Assembly: GCA_030704615.1 (NCBI GenBank) | Contig: CM060734.1 | Location: forward strand, 7,626,001-7,690,000 | Length of the DNA stretch: 64,000 nucleotides | Direction of reading: 5' to 3' | Source: Takakia lepidozioides | Lineage: Eukaryota; Plantae; Bryophyta | Shown: positions 25,831 through 35,877 of the stretch, piece by piece | How the letters are laid out: every line of letters starts with the position of its first letter | Numbering within the stretch: position 1 is the stretch's first letter | The notes under the pieces: generated by a model | Told to the model about the DNA's origin: nothing | What the model saw: the letters and a program-made list of their open reading frames with translations, nothing else | Database searches by the model: none | Made by a program: the position numbers and the translations under genes

Positions 25831-25844
25831 TTGGCGAGACTAAA
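25831..25844 (+). promoter_or_regulatory. Self-priming PBS (Tf1/sushi type)
   Basis: ttggcgagactaaa is the exact reverse complement of tttagtctcgccaa (25564-25577), which starts 27 nt after the start of the LTR TATA box. Confidence 0.8.
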
Positions 25845-25866
25845 GTTTGTTCCTTAGTTAGTTGAG

Positions 25867-26969
25867 ATGGAAGACACATTTGCAAAAATGGTCGCCACCT
25901 TGTAGAGTCTTCAGCTCCAGATGCAAGAACTTCGTACCTTTACCGCCCAATTACAAGCTGATCAGTCTCAAGATCTTGGCAACGCTCAATTTGCAACAAC
26001 AAATTTCATAGTTAAAGGAGTCGAACAATGGATCTGCAACCATACGAGTCCCTACTGCAACAGCTCATACTGCAATGGTTCATCTTCAACAGATTACGAG
26101 AGAACCAAAGATCAGCACGCCCGAGAAATTTGATGGGACGAGATCAAGATTTCGCGGTTTTTTTCAACAAGTACGATTGTTCCTACGACTACATCCACAA
26201 CGACACCCCGATGAAGGTATTCAAGTGGGATTCGTGGGCACCCATCTATCAGGCACTGCCCTATCTTGGTTTGTACTGCTATTAGATTTTTTTTTACATT
26301 TACTATTCAATTTTGAAGCGTTCATGTCCGAGTTCATTGCAACGTTTGGAGAGAATGATAGAGAGAGAGTTGCAGAGACAAGCGAAATCTTTGACAAGGA
26401 GCACGTCCTGCTTCCGTTTATGGTGCCGAATTTTGATAACTTACGTGCGACCTCGACTTGAATGAGAAGAGCCTCATTAGTCAGTTTTGATGTGGGCTAA
26501 AAGATGATGTAAAAGATTTGTTGCTGACAATGCCAAACGTGAGTACACTGAGCGAATTCATCACCCAAGTCATTGCATGCGATAATCGTTTGTTCGAAAG
26601 ACGTCAAGAGAAGCGATCTGGATGGTCGACGATGCATCATGCCGCTGCTACTACGGCACCAAACACAACGATCCATCAGATATCTGGTAGTGATCCTATG
26701 CAGATTGATGCTATCCGATTCAAGCTATTGACGCCACAAGAAAAACAAAGATGACGCTCGAATGGATTATGCCTCTATTGCGGAGAAGAAGATAACATAG
26801 CATTAAACTGCCCCAACAAGAGAAGATTCAAAGCTCGGGGCGCAACTCAAGTGTTCGATACGAGGAGGTCGGAAAACGAAGATGTCCAGTCACAGTAGGG
26901 ACCATGCGGCTGGACACCACACATTCCTCACCAAAAAAAGGTCTCTTTCTACCTCCAGACCCTGCACCT
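25867..26969 (+). pseudogene. gag: gag of Tcn1-like chromovirus (gypsy-A), interrupted at about 26970
   Basis: EPKISTPEKFDGTRSRFRGFFQQV, DPMQIDA, degenerate zinc knuckle LCLYCGEEDNIALNCP; stops and frameshifts. Confidence 0.88.
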
Positions 26970-29542
26970 CGGGGGGGATGCTAGTCCGTGAGCGGCTCAT
27001 GTGAGCGGGGAGATGCGTGAGCGAGAAGATGCCAATCCGTGAGCGGAAAGATGCTCACGCCAGAGGGAGTAGGGGCCCACAACCACAGACGGTGATAACC
27101 CAAGGGACCTATTCCCGTGGGAACGAGTGAAAATATAATGCGTACCTGGATTTGGAAATGGATGAACGTTGGATGAATAGTGGATGGATGAAAAATGTTG
27201 GATGGATGGTGGATGAATGTTGGTTGGATGTTACATTAATGATGGCTGAGTGTGGGGCGAATGATGGATGATGTATGCTGGAACACTGGATGAGCGACGG
27301 AGTGACAAATTTGGAATGGAAGAATTTCGGTCAGTTGATGGATGGACTTATGTTTTGGATGCATGAACAATGTACGTGCATATGTGTAAGGACTGGAAGT
27401 ATTATGGACCCACAGAGAGTGTATGAATGGACTTGCAAGTGAAGATGAGATTTTTTTTGTCCAGAATATGTCTTATGTAGTCAAAGTTGGGGAGAGAGGC
27501 ACGCAGTTGAAGCAAGAGAAGTAATCTCGTGACGGTTGATTACCTAGATATTCCCCAACAGGTGGAACCAATCGGAAAATTTCTATGCACTGGAACTTGT
27601 GGTACCTCCGGACTCCGACGCACTAATGTCCATAAAGATCCTAGCCCTAATGTCCACCTTTTCTACATGATTTATGCAAAGTAGAGGGGGAGAGTGGCAA
27701 AGAGTAAACTCTCTAGCGGCGGCCTCAGCATAGCATGGCAACTGTAGGGGGGAGGTGGGCTCGAGAAAAATTCCGGGTTAGCAAAGAAAGGGATGTTTCT
27801 CCTTGTTTTTGGTGTCCTGCAAAGATTCCCAAAGTTGCAAGACTTGTAAGCAGAAAGACACGACCGCGGAAGGGAAATGCTTGTCAACAAAAATGAAGGT
27901 CTGTATAATATAAAAACCGACATTTCATCCAAAACAAATGTCGGAGTCCACGTCGAGGTCTTCATCTGGAAGATCTCAATCGTCGAAAATTGTTTCTTTG
28001 TGTGGGGCCGATGTTGAGCCGCCGGAGGTGAGTTGTTGAATCTCGCATGAAAACAGCTCCGCATCCCCCTCCATGCCGAAGAATTGTCTACCGGCGCTCT
28101 TGCAGGCATGGAATGTTGCACCTGCAAACGTACAGAACGAATGGTTAGAAAATCAAGAATAATTACAAATTTAAGATCCTAGATACGATAGAGGAGGAGA
28201 CTTGGCACAAGCTCACAGGTGGGGTCGATGTGTGCTGCAAGGTCTCTCAACTGGAACTCCGCAATACCGGCAGGGAGGGTGTCCTTTCGCATCCTCACCA
28301 AGCACAAAGCCTCGAAAACCCGAGTCTGCATTCCCCCCCCAAAACAGTCAGTTTTCGAACATGCTCAACGAGCTCAACTAAATGAAAGCACAAGAAGAGG
28401 CAGGCCACAATCCTGAACTCACCCTCTGTCCTGGGAACTCCCCCTTGGAAAGTGGAAGAGTGTTGATGCACGTCCATGTTTTGATGACCTTAAATCAAGC
28501 CTTCATGTAACTGAAAAGGGTTCTGCGCGCCAACAAGTCTTTTGCTTGCAAAAGTAGAAGTGCTCCTGCATCAGACAAAAATTTGTTGCTGAAGGAAAAA
28601 ACCCACTGCCAGAAAGGGTATCTGACTTGTTCCACGATGGCGTTGTGTTCGATGGCAAGACATCAGGCACAGGCAAATCATCTGGAATATCTAGCACCAC
28701 CAGGTCTGTTGCGTACGCTTGCTGGCTTCCATTCACCCATTCAGGTCTTTTGGTGACCTATTTCACATAACAAAAATAATAGACCAGTTAAGAGCACAAC
28801 TCAATTTTGAACATAGTGAAGAACACCCCAGGCAAAGTTTTGTGTGGTTACCTATTGGAGGAAAGAAACCAGGATGTCCCAAGTCTTTGATTTCTCTCCT
28901 TTGAAAGTGGATTTCCTGGATTCCATCATTGCCAAGAAGCTCTCGTTAATCACCTCAAATTCATACTGACCCAAAACCCGAGAAGGGTGCTCTCTGGCCT
29001 CGTAAGGCTGTTCTTTAGTTTTTGGAGTTCTCCTGTCCTTGTGAGTTGGAGAGGGTAGACGCTCTGTGGTGTCCTGCACAGACTCTTCCTGCCCAGCCAC
29101 AATCTTCCCCTTACCCTTCCCGTCACCTGCGCCCTTCCTTTTGCGATTAGGAGTGTTAATTTTTTCCGGCTCCTTTGCTGCGAGGGATTGAATTATTCTC
29201 TCTTGAATTTCCTTGTCACTGAGTGGTGCAAGAGCTGCTGCATTATCATTGAAGTTGCGCATAACCACCTCCTCGAACGATGTGTCCTGTTTCGGCAAGT
29301 CCAGGTACCAGCCACAGTCTCTGAAGTGTGCCCTGCCCCAGTCCTTCGCGATTCCCGCAGTGTATATTGTCTTGTCCTTAGTGGGGTCCGCCCACATGAA
29401 AATGAAATCCGGTTCATCACTGAGGTACTTGCCCGGAATGAGGACATGGTATATGTACCTGGAAATCAAACCCAAATGAGCAGTTTGCTGAAGGTAATTG
29501 TCAGTCAGACACAAAGAAGATGGAAAAATAAAGTACCTCGAT

Positions 29543-29988
29543 CAACCTTGCGTTGACGCAAGGTTGTTCGAGGCATCCCAACGAATTGTGAAAACCAACA
29601 ATGAAAACACAAAATTGGTCTAGTACGAGCAACGAACAACCTTGCGTCAACGCAAGGCTGAACAATGCATTGAGGTATAACTTAAATGTACAGCTAAAAT
29701 CAAGCCTCAAACAACCTTGCGTTAACGCAAGGTTGAAATGAATCTGTAAAATGAATATTGAGAAGCAGAATTTGAAACGAAGAGACAGTGGAGAAGAAGA
29801 GGATGATCGAAATATGTACTACAACGTGCAGATAAATTTGAAAAAATGTTGTTTTGCAGGACCAACATCCAACCTTGCGTCAATGCAAGGTTGGAAGATG
29901 TCTGGAGAAGTAGCACACAACAAACAAGAATTAGTACATGAAGTGGAGTACCATATGCCCGAACCAACCTTGCGTTGACGCAAGGCTA
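29543..29988. repeat. Palindrome array 1: five copies of CAACCTTGCGTYRACGCAAGGTTG
   Basis: Copies start at 29543, 29637, 29712, 29870 and 29965, inside the predicted intron 30113-29491. Confidence 0.95.
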
Positions 29989-31976
29989 AATTGCGACTGG
30001 AAATTGAATGACTGACGATCATAATAGCCCTATCTTGTAAGTCCCAGTTCAGCCTTGTCAGAACATAAGGGGGATTTGAGGAAGCAAAACGCAAACACAA
30101 AGAAACGTGATACCTGTACAAGACTCGTTTCATAGCTTGTTCGCTATTGTACTGATTCTTGAACTCATTCGACCTTGAAATGCCTTTGTCTCTTTCAAAC
30201 TCCCTATAGAAACAGTTGTTCCATATTGCACTTTTCCATCTCCGTATGTATTGATCTAGAGAGATTTTGGGTGTCGTCATGGTGATTTTGTAGTCAGCCA
30301 ACGACTCCCCCAGTGCTGCAATTGCACGCTTCTCCAGCTGTCCAAACAAGGCAATTGTGAGGCATCGGAGACAAGAAAACGGAATCATGGATTAATGCAG
30401 ACTGCAAGAATGGGCTGTTTATCTCACTTGGCTCTAGAATGTAGCTTTGTGAAGCCACTGGTCGAAGGAGTGGTCGCTCACCACTTTTATCACATTGGTT
30501 TTGGGGTCTCTCTCTGTTCTTGGAAACCCATACGTGTCCTTCACCAGAGGATCCGAGTTCCAAATCTCCAACCACCCGATTTTGGTTGCGGTGTCCACCA
30601 TTGAAATGGAGAGGCGATGCAGCTTCTCTTGGGTCATTTCGGGCTTAGTTTCGTACTTGTCGTAGTGCACTTTGACTTGCTCCAGAAACTCTGAGCCGAG
30701 ACCTGGATCTGCAATGCGGATTTGTTTGTCAAAAACACTCAACAGGTTCTTTCTGTGGTTATCCATCTCAAACCGGATTGCCTCCGCCACCCCCACAACA
30801 GACCTCTCCTCCTCTACGTGAGTGGCGTAGTATTCGGCCTTCGCCTTCAAGCCTGTCTCTGCTATCTCTTGCTGCAAACAATCCAAAATATACGATCCTT
30901 TAGTTCTCATCCATTGAATAGAGGCATCAAACTAGTCTGAAATTGAATCGGTTTATGTTTCTTTACCGTGTACATGTAGTCAAGAAATGCCTCTCTTGTC
31001 AGGCTATACCAGGTGACGAGCTTCTTCTCCCTGCATCTCTTCATTTGACTTTGGCTCAACACGTTCGCAAACAATTCCAGAGGCATCATACCGATCTTTT
31101 GGACCCGGAAAAGGGTGTGGCAGAGGTTGGTTGTTACGTGGGAGGTTTCGTTTGATCTGCATTGAACAGTCACGTTGCCAATTAAAATAATAATAACCAG
31201 AAACAGAGCAAAGCATCCACATAATGCACAACAACTCCAGAAAACTTACTTGTTGATGTCGTGCATGGCAGTGAGCAGCTGTGTGATTCGTCCTTTGTGA
31301 TCAAGGACCATAGAATAAACGCTCCAGTGCCAATCCTTCTCGTCTGAGTGTAATTCGGATATGTAGTCCATCCAGGCAAGCAACCGGTGATTGCCATCCC
31401 ACACAAAAAACATCTTCCCCATGAAAACTTTCGTGGATGCCTTTTTGGATAGTTTGGCCTTGAACTCTCTGTTAACTTCACGCCAACTTTGATCCCAACC
31501 ATGCTCTATCTCTTCTGATACAGGGCACTCTTTGCCCTTTGTGTCAGTTGTGGAAACATAGAACACGGCAGATCCCTTCACATACCCATGCACGAAATCA
31601 TTCTTCAGTTTCCTTATGTCGTTTCTGAGAGCTGGGCGGACAGCTGGCATCGATACCATTCTGCACAGTGGGATAAAAAGATCTCCACTAGGAATTTCCA
31701 TTGACAGGATTACCTTCGAAGAGTTCACCTTCTGTCCAGCTATAACAGCCTCTGCTCTGTTTTCGTAATGTTCGTCATCGCCTTCGTCGGCATCCCCATA
31801 CTCTTCCTCTTCTCCGTCTCCGGCACATTCTTTCCTTTTCCTCTTCCTTTGTTGAAAAAGTAAGATCTGTCATTCATGAAGTCTGCTGTTGAAAACAATA
31901 ATAGAGAAACATGCAGCGTCTTGGCCCAAAACATCCTTGCTCGAAATGAAAATGACCCTTGGTTTGCATCCCAAAT

Positions 31977-32505
31977 CAACCTTGCGTTGACGTAAGGTTG
32001 ATAGTGGGGCTTGCAACAGTGGGACTGAATGAAAATGTGGACACAGGCATGACTCTGAAACAACCTTGCGTCAACGCAAGGTTGTTTGATGAGCTCCAAA
32101 CGATCAAAAAACTGCATCAATTCGAAACTGGTTTGCAGCCCAAATCAACATTGCGTTAACGCAAGGTTGCTTCTTTGGCTTGAAAATGTGAAAGTGACGG
32201 CCAAGACAGTCATCTGGTGGACTCTCAATCAACCTTGCGTCAAAGCAAGGTTGATTGATGAGCTTCATCCTTAAAAAAAACAACCTCAAACAACACGGGT
32301 CTGGAGCCCATATCAACCTTGCGTTGACGCAAGGTTGTTTCTAGGGCTGGTACCTCTGTGAGTGAAGTCCAAAAGAGACATTGTCTAGACTTTCAAACAA
32401 CCTTGCGTCAACGCAAGGTTGTCTGATATGCTTCGACCTTACAAAAAACCATTTAGATGGACACACGACTGCAGCCCAAATCAACCTTGCGTTGACGCAA
32501 GGTTG
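31977..32505. repeat. Palindrome array 2: seven copies of the same 24-mer at an 84-85 bp period
   Basis: Copies start at 31977, 32061, 32146, 32230, 32314, 32398 and 32482, inside the predicted intron 32619-31887. Confidence 0.97.
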
Positions 32506-33738
32506 ATTTGGTCTTGAATCTATGGGAATGAATGGAAAACAGGAAACGCAAGATTGGCGTAGTGAAATTCAGACGTCAAAAGAAATGAGACCGGTACATA
32601 TAGTGGAACGTCACACATACCTCGTCTTGCTTCTTCGCAGCGCTTGAAGATGCACCGCCCGTGTGGCTTGCCTCCTTCGACTCGTGTGGGAGGACAGGTC
32701 CCAGAAGGTCGGGCTGGTGGGTGACAAAACCACTCCATCCTCTGGTGTCTCTTCCATTATGAGGACAACCTGAAAATGTTGACGGAGTCAGGTCCTGGGT
32801 TCCTCATCTCCACTCTCATAGGATTGTAGCTCGCTGGGCCCCTTCTCCACTGCGGCTACACCCTCTGGAGACTGTCATAAAACTACTTCTTCCGCTCTCT
32901 TACACTCCGGCCTCTGACTCTCCCACTCCTCCGGCGTCCCCCTCCCCTGTTTCCTCCCCCAACATGAGTTCCCTCCGGATCTTTTTCATTCTATTCTTTG
33001 CCTGTAGCCTTTGCTTTTTAGATGTGTAGTAAAGAGTTCGGCGGCGCCTTCTTGTTCGTCGAGAGGGAGTCTCGCTTTCGATTGGATCAAGGATTGCAAG
33101 TAGGGAGGAAGAATGAGGTGCGGGAAAGAGGGAGTGCGCTTGCCTCTCACCCAACCCTACTGCGCCAAGATGCCAGTTTCTTGGAGAGGTGGGGGGATGG
33201 CGTGGTGCATCTGCATGCAAGGCACGTCGTCCCTGTACGGTCCTTAATCACGCTAAAATAAGGTTTCCCTAAACCCTGAACCCTTAACTGGCTTACTCAC
33301 GTTTGGGAATTTTAGGTTTTCGCTTCAGTGGTGGTGTCTTCTCCACGTCATCTGCTCATTCGAGACAATTAAAGTAAAACAAAGAGAACAATTTCATCCT
33401 ATCTGCTTTTCATCTACAGTTATGACACTTCACATCTTAAGATAGAATGAATGGGTGGCTTGACGGCTGGTGTCTGTGAAAAAAACCGTTGAATATAGAC
33501 AGTTAATAATTACATAGGATACCTTGTCTGACAGAACACTTTAGGATAGATGAGGATAGATGTCCCGGTGCAAAGTGGAATGAAACTGCTCATCCATATT
33601 GTCGTGCATCGGCGGAGACGCTCTTGTAGGGGAAATTCTAGTTGTTTTTCGCAATCCACAGACGTACGGCTGCTTGCTTGAGTGCTGGCACACTTTGTTG
33701 AACACTGTTACCGTACCGTACTCTTCTCTGCTTTTTGA

Positions 33739-35744
33739 ATGGCTCTCAAAGATGAGTTGGTAAAATTTTACTGTGCTTACAAATCGCTCCCCCTAACCAA
33801 AGAAATAGACACCAATGGGATGGCAACCGTGGGAGAGGATGTCCTTTGTAGAAGCTTGGATCTGCAAGTTGGTACTGTGCATGTGGAGAAAGAAGTGCAC
33901 GACTCCGCCGGTAGGGTCGACAGTATGATGATTCTGGAGCCATATGTGTGCGATGACCGTATTAGACAATGGAGAGTTCCAGCAGGCACTTACCGCGTGC
34001 ATGGAGATCAACGACGTTCGTCTGCAGGTTCAACACTCACACCAGGAACTGCCGCTTCGGTGGCTCCGGCCTTCACACCTGCTACAATTAAAAAAGAGGA
34101 CACCAGCACTTTGACGCCTTTTGTGGATCTCTCGGAAAGCTCTGGTGACGACGACATCTCTGAGATTCCACCTCCACCACACCTGTCTTCTGTCGAAGAA
34201 CCAGATGTCCAGGAGATAGGCAGTGTGGTTCCAAAGTTGAAGTCTATGAAATGCTTGCCAAATTGCAGAAGTGACGTGTGTGGAATTGCATGGGGGGCAA
34301 TAAAGATTGTAAGAGCAAAATACCTTCCTGCAGAATTTGATGGGGATGTGGTTTTTGAGCTGCCACCTCCGACGTCCTTTGGGAGTTTGGGGGGACTCAT
34401 GCAAGGGATGGACAAGAAGCACGACGGACACCTTTGGTGTCGAACTAAGACAACCAACATATCCGTAGATCAGTCTACGTTGGGCACCTCTGTTGTGGAA
34501 ATGAAGCCTGCAACTGCATGTCATTGAGAGGCTCCCCAAACGAGACGAAGTGGGAGGGTTGCGCTGATAACCCATTCGAGGTGGGGTGCCCACCTCCTAA
34601 AAACACGATGTTACTCTGCAAATATTGCAAAACGGCCCCAACATGCATTGGCACTTGCAAGGCCCGCATGTACTATGTGCTCCATCGTTTTCGCGGCCTT
34701 ACCCGAGCTTGTGTTCATCTTGGCAATCATACCCACCCCGTATCGAAAGGGGATTGTCGAGAAAGTTTTGAAACAATTAGGGGACTTCTACGGCATGAGG
34801 TGGAGAATGCTCCTTATGCACCGCCATCTGCAATTGCACTTTCTGCAAGCAAGAGCTTCTTGCAAAAACACATTCTAGGGGGAGCGGATGAGAACATTGA
34901 GAAACTGGACAGCGAAAAACTGGACATCGTTATGGACTATTTCTCGACCCTTAGTTCACTCAATGTATGCAACCACATCAACGCACTCAGAATGGGAACA
35001 GGGAGCACATGTTACGTGGATAGCATCCTGGAATTGAAGCGGAGAAGCATGTATGACTTCATTCAAGACAATGTTTTTCCTGGTCAGGGGTCATTGAAAG
35101 TGTTCTTGTTCAAGATGTCCACAGTTGCGGAGGGAAGTGGAGTTAGTTTGGTCAAGAGAATGCAGCCCGGAGGCGACCTGCAAAAATCCTGGCTCATGTT
35201 TGATCATGTGAAACGTGTAAAGGGTTGGACAACCATGGCTGCCCATGTGTACGATCCTTCTTACCAAAGAGTTATGACAATTGCAGTGTGTGACATGCAA
35301 TCCAAAGACACTGAGTCTCAAATCCTAATGTGGAAGTCACTTGTGAAAGTCATGAGAAATCATGGTGTCTCAGATCCAAATTTTCATGGATTTATGGCCG
35401 ATAGCGCGCATGCAAATTAGAATGCAGTCCGTTCTGTTTTTGGAAGTGGTGATCCGAAAATACCCATGATGGGCAGGGAGCGCACTTGCCTGTTCCATTG
35501 GACGCAGTCCCTCCGAAGGCACACCAAGAATTGCATAAAACCAGAGTTGCAGGAGGAACACATGAGACTCTGCCGGCTGTATAAAGATGCGACAAGCGAG
35601 ATCGAAGCAAACTCCTTATACCAAACTATCAGGGCATGGTGGTACTCCTCCAATGCAGCAAGTCAAGATGGCCTCAAAGAACTTGACGACTGGATGGGAT
35701 TCTGGCACTTCAGATACAAACAGTGGGGAAGGTTCATGACAAGA
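33739..35744 (+). pseudogene. MULE/Mutator-type DDE transposase with a GCM/WRKY-like zinc domain; last exon(s) lost
   Basis: GHLCCGNEAC...CKYC..CKARMYYV..HLGNHTHPV (GCM/WRKY fold pattern). LMFDHVKRV (first D), FMADSAHAN*NAVRSVF (second D), CLFHWTQSL (CxxH). Frameshift near 34480, stop at 35418, splice donor at 35745. Confidence 0.8.
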
Positions 35745-35877
35745 GTAAGGTCCCTTCTTTAAATTCCAAGGCTTCCATGAGTTCAGTTTATGGTATTAAC
35801 CCTGTTCACGTGTCTTTTCTTCAATGCTATTATCTTTTGATCTACAATAATAAATGGAAAGAATATTGTGTGCAGAA

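Larger units (their letters stand above)
27925..32990 (-). pseudogene. Spliced gene encoding a ParB/Srx-like domain plus a C-terminal beta-class N4C/N6A DNA methyltransferase-like domain
   Basis: Approximate exons 32990-32620, 31885-31250, 31156-30967, 30871-30428, 30337-30114, 29490-28850, 28757-28423, 28325-28217 and 28121-27925, all with GT-AG introns. ParB part: VRPALRNDIRKLKNDFVHGY...FFVWDGNHRLLAW...MHDIN. MTase part: DLVVLDIP, FLSDAGALLLL, FKVIKTWTCIN, ATFHACKSAGRQFFGMEGD. Several stops and frameshifts. Confidence 0.75.
26970..35877. mobile_element. Mutator-like DNA transposon with two divergent genes; right end deleted
   Basis: Interrupts gypsy-A between gag and protease. Starts GGGGGGGATGC with GTGAGCG repeats and GGATG subterminal repeats (27160-27370), and contains a MULE-type transposase. 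Gypsy protease (SPTNHVIIGLPW..HNPDIDW) resumes at about 35880. Confidence 0.8.

Noticed and set aside
31977-32505. CRISPR array
   Set aside because: The repeats are regularly spaced and palindromic, but alternate spacers are homologous and about 60 bp long. The array lies in a spliceosomal intron of plant DNA, and no cas genes are present.
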